DNA from: a bacterium
Lineage (GTDB): Bacteria > RBG-13-61-14 > DATKZS01
Length of the DNA: 27,055 nt
NCBI GenBank assembly: GCA_046484135.1
Contig: JAWOBU010000228.1
Coordinates: forward strand, 1-27,055
Direction: 5' to 3'
Numbering within the stretch: the first letter of the stretch is position 1; every line of letters begins with the position of its first letter. Position numbers and translations under genes: made by a program. Shown in pieces: positions 9,226 through 18,275 of this stretch. The notes below the pieces were generated by a model, which saw only the letters and a program-made list of their open reading frames with translations, ran no database searches and was not told the DNA's origin.

Positions 9226-11136
9226 ATGCCCTTTTACATGAACGAGCTGGAAAGGCAGGAGCACCGGGCCCGCATCAACAAGTGGAGCCTGGTCATACTC
9301 GGGGCCTTTCTGTTGCTCCTCTCCCGCTTTCTGCTCCTCCAGTTCATCCAGCACGACCTGTGGGGATTTATCGCGGAGAACAACCAGCTTCGAAAAACCC
9401 GGATGCCCGCGGTCCGCGGAAAAGTCTACGACCGGAACCACAAGGTCCTTGCCGACTGGCGCAAGAGCTTTAATGTGACCTTAACCCCCGCGGACATAAA
9501 CGAGGAGTCGTTGCAAAGGCTTTCCGACATCCTCGAGGTCCCGGTGGAAGACATCCGGGAGGAGCTTAAAAAGAACCGCTCCTGGTCTCCTTTTATCCCG
9601 GTTCCGGTGGTCGAGGACATAAGCTGGGCCAAGCTGGTCCGGGTGGAAGAGGACCGGCTGGTAATGCCGGGGGTGGGCATCGAGGTCCAGCCGGTAAGGA
9701 AGTATAACCGTAACTCGGTACTGGCCTCCCATCTGCTGGGGCACATGGGAGAGATAGACAAGGAGACGCTCCGGAATCCGGCTTTCCAAGACTACCGGAT
9801 GGGAGACTATATCGGGCAGTCCGGACTGGAGAAGTCGCTGGAGAACAAGCTGCGCGGCCGGGACGGGATTTCCTATCGGCTGGTGGACGCCCTGGGCAGG
9901 GAGATATCCGTGGGACCGGTGCAGGGCTCGATGGAGGGCATGTTCAAGGACTATAAAGAAAAGATGGAAGAGCTCCACCAGATGTCCAGGCCCCAGAACC
10001 CCGGAACCTCGGCCGTGCTTACCCTGGACATGCGGTTCCAGAAAATAGCACGCCGGCACATGGGAGCCCACGCCGGAAGCGTGGTCGCCATGGACGTTAA
10101 AACCGGCGAGATACTTGCGCTCCTGTCCACCCCCGGCTATGACCCGTCCACCTTCGTGGGGGAAAGAGACGCGGGCCAGTGGGAAAAGCTGCGGGACAAC
10201 CCCTACAACCCGCTCTTTCACCGGGCCATTCAAGGAGCATACCCGCCGGCTTCGGTTTTCAAGCTGGTCATGGCCGCCGGCGCCCTGGAAGAAGATATCA
10301 TAACCCCCTCCACCGTCTACGAGTGCAAGGGAAAGTACAAGTTCGCGGACTCTACCTTCCGGTGCTGGAAAAACACCGGCCACGGAAAGCTGAAGCTTAA
10401 ACAGGGCATCGCCCAGTCGTGCGACGTGTACTTTTACAAGCTGGGGGAAGAGCTGGGCATTGATTCCATCTCCAAGTGGGCCCGGAAGTTCGGCATGGGA
10501 AGCACAGTGGGCATCGGACTTCCTGAAGAAAAGAGCGGCCTGGTCCCCGACCGGCAGTGGAAGCGGCAGAGGTTCGGAGAGATCTGGTACCCGGGCGAAA
10601 CCATCTCGGTGGCCATCGGTCAGGGCTACCTTCATGTAACTCCCCTCCAGGCGGTGCTGATCGGAGAGGCCATCGCCAACGACGGGACCATCATGCAGCC
10701 ACAGCTTATCCATCACCTGGAGGACTTCCAAAAGAACCGGCTTACCGGCTTCCGGCCGAAGATCATGCGAAAGAACCTGCTTGACGAAAGCACGGCCCGG
10801 GTACTGCAAGAGTCCATGGAGCAGGTGGTGGAAGACGAGCACGGAACTGCGCGCCGTTACGTAAAAAGCGATTTCATCCGGATCGCCGGCAAGACGGGCA
10901 CGGCCGAGGTCAGCAAGAAGTATCAAGGGGAAGACATCGAGGACATTCCCTACAAGTACCGGGACCATTCCTGGTTTCTGGCTTATGCGCCCGCGGACGA
11001 TCCCGAGGTGGTAATGGTGGTCCTGGTCGAGCACGGCGGCCCCGGCAGCTCGGTGGCCGGACCCGTCGCACGCCAGATATTGGAAGACTACTTCTCACTC
11101 CAGGTCCGCTTCAGTCGGGACCAAAGGGAAGGATAA
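9226..11136 (+). CDS. mrdA: Penicillin-binding protein 2 (class B transpeptidase)
   Basis: N-terminal TM segment, RGKVYDRN, GQSGLE, SxxK (PASVFK), SCD, KTG motifs. Confidence 0.95.
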   Translation: MPFYMNELERQEHRARINKWSLVILGAFLLLLSRFLLLQFIQHDLWGFIAENNQLRKTRMPAVRGKVYDRNHKVLADWRKSFNVTLTPADINEESLQRLSDILEVPVEDIREELKKNRSWSPFIPVPVVEDISWAKLVRVEEDRLVMPGVGIEVQPVRKYNRNSVLASHLLGHMGEIDKETLRNPAFQDYRMGDYIGQSGLEKSLENKLRGRDGISYRLVDALGREISVGPVQGSMEGMFKDYKEKMEELHQMSRPQNPGTSAVLTLDMRFQKIARRHMGAHAGSVVAMDVKTGEILALLSTPGYDPSTFVGERDAGQWEKLRDNPYNPLFHRAIQGAYPPASVFKLVMAAGALEEDIITPSTVYECKGKYKFADSTFRCWKNTGHGKLKLKQGIAQSCDVYFYKLGEELGIDSISKWARKFGMGSTVGIGLPEEKSGLVPDRQWKRQRFGEIWYPGETISVAIGQGYLHVTPLQAVLIGEAIANDGTIMQPQLIHHLEDFQKNRLTGFRPKIMRKNLLDESTARVLQESMEQVVEDEHGTARRYVKSDFIRIAGKTGTAEVSKKYQGEDIEDIPYKYRDHSWFLAYAPADDPEVVMVVLVEHGGPGSSVAGPVARQILEDYFSLQVRFSRDQREG

Positions 11137-11161
11137 ACACCCTATCTGAGTAATTACCGAA

Positions 11162-13711
11162 CTATCCGCTTTTTAAAACCCCCGACCACTCTGCTCCCGC
11201 TTTCAGCACAACCGGGTTTTCCAACTCGATGGTCTCGGTTTCTCCTTCCAAAGGATTGTGCCTTATCTTTTCAATGACCAACGGCTCGCCGAAATGCTTC
11301 TTGACCTCGAGGCGCGTCTTACCGCTTTGCTTTTCATGCTCGAGCAGGGCCCAGAAGCCGGGAAAAAAGAAAGGCATGACGGTGCGGTCTTCGTCAGGGA
11401 GCGGCCGGGGCCCCAGGGTCAGCGTCTTGCGGGGCGCGTCCAGAGCGGCTCCGGCAAAGGCGTTAAACGCGGCCCAGATCACCGGATGGGTCATGTACAC
11501 GGAGTCGGCGTCACCCATGAGGCCCGCTCCCCAGGCGTGGCCCTTTTTGTAGATGCGCTCGTAAACCATCTTCATCACCTCAAGCCCCTTGTCCACCTGC
11601 CCCAGGTATACATGTTCCATGGCCTGGTAGCTCAACACCTGCCAGATGTAAACCATGTGGATGTTGCCGTAAAAGTAGCCCAGCACGTTCCTCTTCTCCC
11701 TGCCGTCCGGAAACGCCTCCGACCAGGGTCTTGCAAACTTGCCCTTCTCCCCGGCCTTTTGACGGGCGCCTTCAATCAGCACGCGGTAGGCGAGCTCCAG
11801 GTGCCGACGGGCCCGCTGTGGCTCCACCACCGAGGGAAGCCCGGAGTAGCGCGCCGCCCAGTCGCCTGCCAGGGCCGCGGTAAAAATTGTGTTCTTCTCC
11901 GGAGTGCTCCGAAAGTAGCCTTCCTTTTCCATCCACAGGGCCTCGTTAATGCGCGCTTGGCACCTCTCATACCTTTGCCGGAACTCGTCCGCGGCCTCCG
12001 GCTCGACCTCGGAGGCCAGGTCTATCAGCGCGGACAAGGCGGCAAGATAGACGGTGGCCGAGTAAATAAAGCTCCCCGGAAAGTCCCACACGTCATAGGT
12101 GGTCCCGCCTTCAGGCACGCCGTGTTTGCTTATGCCCTCCAGGTAACCGGCCATCCTCTTTAAGTCCGGCCAGAAGCGGGAAAGCCACTCTTTGTCTGCG
12201 GTGATGCGGTAGAGCTTGGCCGCCTGAATGATCTCGCTCATGGTAAGGTCGGTCCACTCCTTGGCAGGAAGAACAAAAATGATCTCGTCCGGCCAACCGT
12301 AGGGAACGTCCGCGTCCCCCAGCGCCGTGTCGCAGTTGCCGTTGCCGTGGGGACAAGCCCCCCGCTCGTCCAGGAGCTTGCGGAAGGCCTCGATCTCGCT
12401 CTTGTCGAGACCGGAGAAGAAGACCGAGGTATAAGGGTGGGCTGACAAACGCTGGTCATTGGTCCCGGTGAGCCCGCCGTAGGGCCAGCCCCAGTCCATG
12501 CCCTCGAGCGTGTACATTGCGCCTTCTCCCGAAACCACGGTGTTGCAAAGCGTCGAGTCTATCGAGTTCTTGACCGCACGCTTCAGCCAGGCCGGCAGGC
12601 TCGACGTATCCACCAGCCCGGAAAGCTCGAACGACTCCTCGAAAAGCCGTTCTTTTTCCGAGACCAGGTAAGAAGCCACCGACTCCGCGCCCTGGTGAAA
12701 CCTCTCGTAAAGGTGGCCCGCATGCACGCCGTCGTGCTTTCCGCTTTTCTTCTTTTTCACCGGCTCCTTTTCCGTAACGTGGTCCGGAAGCCACCACGAG
12801 ATTATAAACGAGACCTCTTTTTTCTCGCCCGGAGCCAGAACGCCGCGCACGGCCACTGCGCCCGCGGGAAAGGACGGCTCCTGCCCTGACCCGTATCTTT
12901 CGGCGACAGTCCCGCTTGCAGAGAACTCTTGAAAAAGTGAAGGAGAGCTTTCCGCCGCGTCCCAGACCTCACAAACAAAAGCCTCGAACCCGGCTGGCAC
13001 GACGGCGCGGAGGCAGTACTCGCCGATTGTGCTCATGCGATGAGAGCGCGGGTGCGGCTCTTGCCTCGTACGGAACAACAAGGCCGCATCTCCGGCTTCG
13101 GACATCTCCTGGTAGTTTCCTTTGAAGTCGCGATAGGTGAGCTTGCCCTTGAGGCCGTAGGGCAGCTTGCCGCGCTTTTTCAAACCGGTGTGGCCGGTTC
13201 CTCCGCATCCCAGGATGTTCTGCCAGGAGAAGAGGGCGGAGGCGGACACCTCGAGCTCCGCGGTGTTCACAAGCTCCAGAGTAAACCAGGCCGCGGGCAG
13301 GGTCGAGTCTTCGAGGTTATGAGGAACGTGAGGAGTGAATCCGGACAGGCGGACTGACAGTGGAATGTCGTCGTCGAAAGTAAGCAAAAAGCCGGGCAGC
13401 TCTCCCTTGAAGCGGGTGGAACGGACCGGCCGGATGTTTTCATACTCCTTTTGCGGCGCGCTTCTCCGCAGTATCCTGGTTTCTTTCTCGCCCTGCTTTT
13501 CCGCGTACACTGCGAAGAAGGTCCCGGGCACGTTCCTTACCGGGTTCATCCAGTTGTTGTTCATGCGGAACTCGGTGAACATGCCGTCACTGCCTATGCT
13601 GAATCCTCCGGAGCCTATGCCTCCCAGGGGAAAACCGCGCGCCACCGCGCAATCAACGTACTCGCCGGTTTCTTCTTCCCAGCGGACCCGCTCTTTCTTT
13701 TTCCCGGCCAT
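11162..13711 (-). CDS. Glycoside hydrolase family 116 (GBA2 / non-lysosomal glucosylceramidase-like)
   Basis: GFPLGGIGSG N-terminal signature, STLPA, nucleophile motif YTLEG, TND, acid/base motif TTYDVW, LAGDW. The real start is ATG 13711 after GGAGG; the track extension to 14293 is antisense to the ACAD gene. Confidence 0.88.
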   Translation of the reverse strand: MAGKKKERVRWEEETGEYVDCAVARGFPLGGIGSGGFSIGSDGMFTEFRMNNNWMNPVRNVPGTFFAVYAEKQGEKETRILRRSAPQKEYENIRPVRSTRFKGELPGFLLTFDDDIPLSVRLSGFTPHVPHNLEDSTLPAAWFTLELVNTAELEVSASALFSWQNILGCGGTGHTGLKKRGKLPYGLKGKLTYRDFKGNYQEMSEAGDAALLFRTRQEPHPRSHRMSTIGEYCLRAVVPAGFEAFVCEVWDAAESSPSLFQEFSASGTVAERYGSGQEPSFPAGAVAVRGVLAPGEKKEVSFIISWWLPDHVTEKEPVKKKKSGKHDGVHAGHLYERFHQGAESVASYLVSEKERLFEESFELSGLVDTSSLPAWLKRAVKNSIDSTLCNTVVSGEGAMYTLEGMDWGWPYGGLTGTNDQRLSAHPYTSVFFSGLDKSEIEAFRKLLDERGACPHGNGNCDTALGDADVPYGWPDEIIFVLPAKEWTDLTMSEIIQAAKLYRITADKEWLSRFWPDLKRMAGYLEGISKHGVPEGGTTYDVWDFPGSFIYSATVYLAALSALIDLASEVEPEAADEFRQRYERCQARINEALWMEKEGYFRSTPEKNTIFTAALAGDWAARYSGLPSVVEPQRARRHLELAYRVLIEGARQKAGEKGKFARPWSEAFPDGREKRNVLGYFYGNIHMVYIWQVLSYQAMEHVYLGQVDKGLEVMKMVYERIYKKGHAWGAGLMGDADSVYMTHPVIWAAFNAFAGAALDAPRKTLTLGPRPLPDEDRTVMPFFFPGFWALLEHEKQSGKTRLEVKKHFGEPLVIEKIRHNPLEGETETIELENPVVLKAGAEWSGVLKSG

Positions 13712-13737
13712 GGTTTGTCCTCCCTGTCTCGCTTTTA

Positions 13738-13814
13738 AATCTATCAGAGCACCGTGAATAAAAGCAAGGAAAAACCGAAAGGACTTGTTAAACCGGGCCG
13801 GAAAAGGATATAGT
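13738..13814. promoter_or_regulatory. Divergent promoter pair between the GH116 and ACAD genes
   Basis: Minus strand TTGCTT-18-TAGATT with TG (13767-13738). Plus strand TTGTTA-18-TATAGT (13785-13814). Confidence 0.4.
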
Positions 13815-13865
13815 TTTCCCGGAGAACACGAGAAGGCCATGCTTCCGATCGGGGAGGATACAGCG

Positions 13866-15023
13866 ATGGACTTTGAACTGAGCGAGGAAGAGCGGCAGGT
13901 AAGAGAGCTGGCCCGCAGGTTCGCGGACGAAGAGATCGCACCGACAGTGGCGGTAAACGAGAGCGCCATGCGCTTTCCGCGCGAGTTGATTGAGAGGATG
14001 GGAGAGCTCGGGTTCTTCGGCGCGACTTTCCCGCCCGAGTACGGCGGCACCGGCATGGGACACCTCTGCCACGCCCTGATCTGCGAAGAGGTCTCGCGGG
14101 CGCATTCTTCATTGCGCACTGCTTTTAACATGCAGGCCATGACCTGCGCGGGCTCCATCTTCGAGTACGGCAATAAAGAGCAGAAAAGTAAGTACGTGCC
14201 GCCGCTGGTGCGGGCGGAGCTTATGGGCCTGTTCGCCCTGAGCGAGCCGAACGCCGGCTCGGACGTGGCAGGCATGGAGTGCCGGGCGCGCAAAGAAGGC
14301 GGCGCTTATGTGCTTAACGGGACCAAGTCCTGGATCTCGAACGCCACCGTGTTCGACGTCGGGGTGGTATTCGCGAAGACGGACCTTGCAGCCGGCAGGC
14401 GCGGCATCTCCACCTTTATAATCGAGAAAGACCTGCCGGGCCTGGTAACGCAAGAGATCACGCCGAAGATGGGGCATCACTGCTCTCCCACCGGCATGCT
14501 GATTTTCGAGGACAGCCCGGTTGATGCTTCCAGCCTGCTGGGCAAGGAGAACGAGGGATTTAAAATCAGCATGAAGGCCCTGGACCGGGGCAGGCTCTCG
14601 GTAGCCGCGGGCGCATTAGGAGTGGCTCAGGCCTGCCTGGACGTTTCCGTGGATTACGCCAACCAGCGGGTCCAGTTCGGCCGTCCCATTTCCGAGTACC
14701 AGATGATCCAGCAGAAGATCGCTGACATGAAAGCGGGGATCGAGGCCTCCCGGCTTTTGGTTTACCGCTCTGCCTGGCGCAAGGACCGGGGCCTGCGCGA
14801 CACCCTGGAGAGCGCGCTCGCGAAGTACGTGGCCTCTGAGGTGTGCGTAAAATGCGCCAACGACGCGGTGGAGATTTTCGGAGGAAACGCCTACTCGGAG
14901 GAGTACCCGGTTTCTCGGCTTCTGCGGGACGCCAAGCTTTACCAGATCGGGGAAGGGGCGGGAAACATCATGCGCAGGCTGATCGCCATGGACGCGCTGG
15001 GGCTGAAAAAGGCGAACGGGTGA
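13866..15023 (+). CDS. Acyl-CoA dehydrogenase, resembling non-decarboxylating glutaryl-CoA dehydrogenase
   Basis: MDFELSEE start after GGGGAGGA; PEYGG, LSEPNAGSD, NGTKSWISN, RVQFGRPI, RDAKLYQIGEG. SSLRxxxNM and the C-terminal LGLKKAN recall the Desulfococcus enzyme. Confidence 0.9.
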   Translation: MDFELSEEERQVRELARRFADEEIAPTVAVNESAMRFPRELIERMGELGFFGATFPPEYGGTGMGHLCHALICEEVSRAHSSLRTAFNMQAMTCAGSIFEYGNKEQKSKYVPPLVRAELMGLFALSEPNAGSDVAGMECRARKEGGAYVLNGTKSWISNATVFDVGVVFAKTDLAAGRRGISTFIIEKDLPGLVTQEITPKMGHHCSPTGMLIFEDSPVDASSLLGKENEGFKISMKALDRGRLSVAAGALGVAQACLDVSVDYANQRVQFGRPISEYQMIQQKIADMKAGIEASRLLVYRSAWRKDRGLRDTLESALAKYVASEVCVKCANDAVEIFGGNAYSEEYPVSRLLRDAKLYQIGEGAGNIMRRLIAMDALGLKKANG

Positions 15024-15049
15024 ATATGAAGATGCCTTGTCCATTCGTT

Positions 15050-15089
15050 GTGCGAAACGAGTTAAACTCGCGACTAAAGTCGCTCGCAC
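15050..15089. repeat. REP-doublet-like palindromic element between convergent genes
   Basis: Outer stem GTGCGA...TCGCAC encloses CGAGT-TAA-ACTCG and GCGACT-AA-AGTCGC. Confidence 0.6.
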
Positions 15090-15117
15090 GTACTCATTAA
15101 TTTCTATGTTAAAAACT

Positions 15118-16425
15118 TCAGTCCCATCTGATGAAGCTGGAGCCGCCGTGGGGAAGGACGAGGAACTCTCCCTCGGGCATGAGCTCCTGCGCCCGGGCCA
15201 TGAGCTTGTCACGGTCCGTAAAGAACTCCATGCCCATGTTCTTGAAGGCGTCCATGCCCTCTTCCATGGAGGTCAGAAACAAAAGCCTTTTAAATGACTT
15301 CAACATTCTTAACAGGCTCACGGTCCCGGCGGCCTGGTCCGGAGAGACGTTGATGCGGTTGGCCAGTGGCGAAAGCAAGTTTAAAGGCGTGGCCTTTATG
15401 ACCTGTCGGGCGAACGACGGCATTCTGCCGGGAAGACGCAGGTCTCCCAGTCCTTCTTCGGTGCGGGAGACGCAGATGAAAAGCCCTCCCTTCTTAAGAG
15501 CGGCGGAAGAGTTGAAGCAGGACTTGAGGGTAACCCGCAGGTCAATGTCCAGCGGACGCGCGTCGGAGATGACAATGTCCGCGGCTTCAGGAAGCTCGAT
15601 GCCGGCCATTCTTTCGTAGACCTCGCGGCCCGCGTCATGGGCCCGGACCGGGTCGCCGGCCACCAGCGCGGCCACCTGCCCGCGGACGAACACGGTGTTT
15701 ACGATAAATAGCTTTGGCCCCAACAGCTCTCCGCAGTCGTCCACAGCCTGGCGGAAGCGACATTCGCTCTTGGGCATGCCGGAGCTGGAGATGCGGGGCG
15801 GCTTCTGGAAATTGAACGCATGGGTCTTGTAGATGGGGGCGGGATCGGAGACTCCCGGCATTATATTCTTATAGCCTCCTCCTACGCCGGCCTGCTCGTG
15901 GGCCTCGATACAGCCGATGGACACCACCAGGTCCGCGTTCATGACCTCGCGGTGGAAAGAGCAGGACAGCCGGAACCGGCGGCTTCGGCCCGCGCTGACC
16001 AGGTTGGCGGGATCGTCGTAGCGGTGGTTTATAACGCGCACCGTGCGGGCCACGTCCTCCCCTACCCTTTCGCATATCTCCGGCTCGGTCATGTCCCGGT
16101 GGGTCCCCAGCGCGATTACCACCACCATGCTGTCTCGCGATATGCCGGCGGACTCGAGCTCCTCTACCACCCGCGGCGCGATCAGATGCACGGGGGTCGG
16201 CCGGGTGCGGTCGTCTATGACAATGGCTGCGCTCGCGGCCTTTTGGGCGAGCTCTTGCAAAGGCGGCATGCCTATGGGTCGGGCAAGCCCTTTGTCGAGC
16301 TCGGAAGCCACGTCCAGGGAAGCGGAAGGGGCCACCGGCTCCTTCACGCCTTTCAAGCGCCATGCAGCAGGCTTGTCAAGCTCGACGGTCTCGTCTTTTC
16401 CCCACGGCAGGATGATGGGCTCCAT
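15118..16425 (-). CDS. LarA-family nickel-pincer-nucleotide-dependent racemase/epimerase
   Basis: DDRTRPTP, ALGTHR, IEAHEQAGVGGGYKNIMPG (His and Lys of the LarA PHxxAGxxGGxK motif), PLDIDLxxxxK, ECxEG-like RTEEGLG; SD AAGGAG. Confidence 0.88.
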   Translation of the reverse strand: MEPIILPWGKDETVELDKPAAWRLKGVKEPVAPSASLDVASELDKGLARPIGMPPLQELAQKAASAAIVIDDRTRPTPVHLIAPRVVEELESAGISRDSMVVVIALGTHRDMTEPEICERVGEDVARTVRVINHRYDDPANLVSAGRSRRFRLSCSFHREVMNADLVVSIGCIEAHEQAGVGGGYKNIMPGVSDPAPIYKTHAFNFQKPPRISSSGMPKSECRFRQAVDDCGELLGPKLFIVNTVFVRGQVAALVAGDPVRAHDAGREVYERMAGIELPEAADIVISDARPLDIDLRVTLKSCFNSSAALKKGGLFICVSRTEEGLGDLRLPGRMPSFARQVIKATPLNLLSPLANRINVSPDQAAGTVSLLRMLKSFKRLLFLTSMEEGMDAFKNMGMEFFTDRDKLMARAQELMPEGEFLVLPHGGSSFIRWD

Positions 16426-16484
16426 TTCATGCTCCTTTTATTTGCCGGCAAATGAGAAAGCCGGGCTTGTTTAGTTCACCGGCA

Positions 16485-16513
16485 ATCATAATAAATATTT
16501 GTTTTCGGTACAA
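16485..16513 (-). promoter_or_regulatory. sigma70-type promoter for the larA-like gene
   Basis: Minus strand TTGTAC (16513-16508), 17-nt spacer, TATGAT (16490-16485). Confidence 0.55.
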
Positions 16514-16550
16514 GGCGGTTTTGTCTTTCTTGGAAGCGCTGCCCTTCTCC

Positions 16551-16579
16551 TTGATTCACAGGGCAGACTGATTTATTAT
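16551..16579 (+). promoter_or_regulatory. sigma70-type promoter for the htrA-ABC operon
   Basis: TTGATT (16551-16556), 17-nt spacer, TATTAT (16574-16579). Confidence 0.55.
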
Positions 16580-16609
16580 TTAGGCTATAAGCGAGGTTCA
16601 GGATAGCAA

Positions 16610-16843
16610 ATGGAAAAGAGCGTCCCGTGGGTTTGGCTCGGCCTGGGTATTGTGATGACGCTATGCGGCGGGCTGTTGAAGTATGTGGATGTGGCGGGCC
16701 AGTCAGGCGCTTTCGATTTCGTTTTTTTCCGGGGCGCCGACTACATCCTTTTGATAGCCGGTCTGGTGCTGGTCATATTATCGTTGGGCCATGATCTCCT
16801 TTTTCAGTCGGGCGCAGACAACTCCGGCGGGAGTGATACGTGA
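16610..16843 (+). CDS. Small two-helix membrane protein
   Basis: 77 aa with two hydrophobic segments; lies downstream of a promoter; its stop overlaps the next start (GTGA). Confidence 0.7.
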   Translation: MEKSVPWVWLGLGIVMTLCGGLLKYVDVAGQSGAFDFVFFRGADYILLIAGLVLVILSLGHDLLFQSGADNSGGSDT

Positions 16844-18273
16844 GCGGGAGGGCCGGAGACAGTAAGGGCAGACTGTTTCGAAACCTGGCGTGGCTTGTGG
16901 TCCTTGTTCTTCTTGTTTCCGCGGCCGTGGTTGTCTGGTTTCAGGGAGGAGACTTGTTTTCCCCCTCCCGCCAGACGGACGTGGTGCGGGTTTTCCGGGA
17001 GGCCAGCCCGGCAGTAGTCAGCTTGAGCTCCAAGCCCATATCCAAAGAGCTTGATCTGGGTCGTTTCGAGCATAAGCTTCCTCCGCGGGCCCGGGAGTTC
17101 TTCAGACGGTTTTACGGTGCGCCGGCAAAAGAGGACTTGAACCTTGGAAGCGGCATAATCGTTGACAGTGACGGCTTCATCCTTACTAACGAGCACCTGG
17201 TGATCAACACGGAGTGGATCGAGGTCAAGCTTGCAGACGGCCGGACGGTATCGGGGGAGATCTGGGGAAACGATCCTTCCCTTGATCTGGCAGTCATCAA
17301 GGTTGATGTTGATACGCCGCTTCCGGCCCTGGAGAAGGGAAGCTCCGGGAACCTTATGATAGGGGAGCCGGTCATAGTAATAGGGAACCCGTTAGGGATG
17401 GGGGCCACTTGCTCGCAGGGGATCGTGAGCGCTCTCAATCGCGAGGTCCAAACCGGTCCCCGGCTATACAAGAACCTTATTCAGATTGACGCGCCGGTAA
17501 ACCCGGGCAACAGCGGGGGGCCTGTGCTTAACATAAAGGGCGAAGTTATCGGCTTGACCAGCGCCATCGCTCCGCAGGCGGAGGGGATCGGTTTTGCCGT
17601 TCCCATTGACCCGGCCTGGAAGGTGGTGGAGGACCTGATCGAGTACCGCTATGTGCCTTCCGGTTGGCTGGGCCTTTCGGTGAAAGAGCTGGGCAGCGCT
17701 TCTGAAGCCGCAGGTGGAAGTACAGCCGGCGGCGTTTTCGTCTCCCGGGTGGAAGCGAAAGGACCGTCTTCCGAGTATTTCCAGCCGGGCGATATCATCA
17801 AGTCCTGGAACGGCACGCCGGTGAAGGATGTGGCGGGTTTTGCCCGCCGGGCCCGGAATGTCCGGGTAGACGATCGGGTTGTGCTGGAGCGTTTCCGGGA
17901 GGGCGCCTCCAAGAAGGTCTCGGTCAATGCGGCAGCGTTTCCGGAGGACCTGGCCGAGGAGTGGGCGCAGGCCCATCTGGGCCTTGGGGTGGAGGAGTCG
18001 CCGGTCCGGAGGAGAACTTCGGCGGGCAAGACGCTCAAGCGCCGGGGAGTGTACGTTGCCGACGTTCTGCCGGGCTCGCCCGCCCACGTAGTAGGACTGG
18101 TCCCGGGGGACCTTGTTATGCGGATCAACCGGACCCGGATAAACGACTTACAGGAGTTCCGGAAAGCGGTCTGCCGATACCGGAACAGAAAGAACGTGCT
18201 GGTAAGGGCCGGACGGAGACACTTCAGCTTTTCCGTCACTGTTCCTTTCAGCCTGGGCGGCGAGAGGTGGTAG
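16840..18273 (+). CDS. HtrA/DegP-family serine protease with two PDZ domains
   Basis: N-terminal TM segment, LGSGIIV, TNEH (His), DLAVIK (Asp), PGNSGG (Ser), GWLGL PDZ1, LGL...GSPA..GL.PGD PDZ2. Confidence 0.93.
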   Translation: MSGRAGDSKGRLFRNLAWLVVLVLLVSAAVVVWFQGGDLFSPSRQTDVVRVFREASPAVVSLSSKPISKELDLGRFEHKLPPRAREFFRRFYGAPAKEDLNLGSGIIVDSDGFILTNEHLVINTEWIEVKLADGRTVSGEIWGNDPSLDLAVIKVDVDTPLPALEKGSSGNLMIGEPVIVIGNPLGMGATCSQGIVSALNREVQTGPRLYKNLIQIDAPVNPGNSGGPVLNIKGEVIGLTSAIAPQAEGIGFAVPIDPAWKVVEDLIEYRYVPSGWLGLSVKELGSASEAAGGSTAGGVFVSRVEAKGPSSEYFQPGDIIKSWNGTPVKDVAGFARRARNVRVDDRVVLERFREGASKKVSVNAAAFPEDLAEEWAQAHLGLGVEESPVRRRTSAGKTLKRRGVYVADVLPGSPAHVVGLVPGDLVMRINRTRINDLQEFRKAVCRYRNRKNVLVRAGRRHFSFSVTVPFSLGGERW

Positions 18274-18275
18274 GA

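Noticed and set aside
9481..11034. 517-aa antisense ORF
   Set aside because: Shadow ORF opposite mrdA.
13712..14293. N-terminal extension making GH116 1043 aa
   Set aside because: It is antisense to the ACAD gene; a clear SD and ATG lie at 13711.
16560..16876. 11-bp direct repeat AGGGCAGACTG flanking the small membrane gene
   Set aside because: Its length is compatible with chance at window scale, and there are no other mobility signs.
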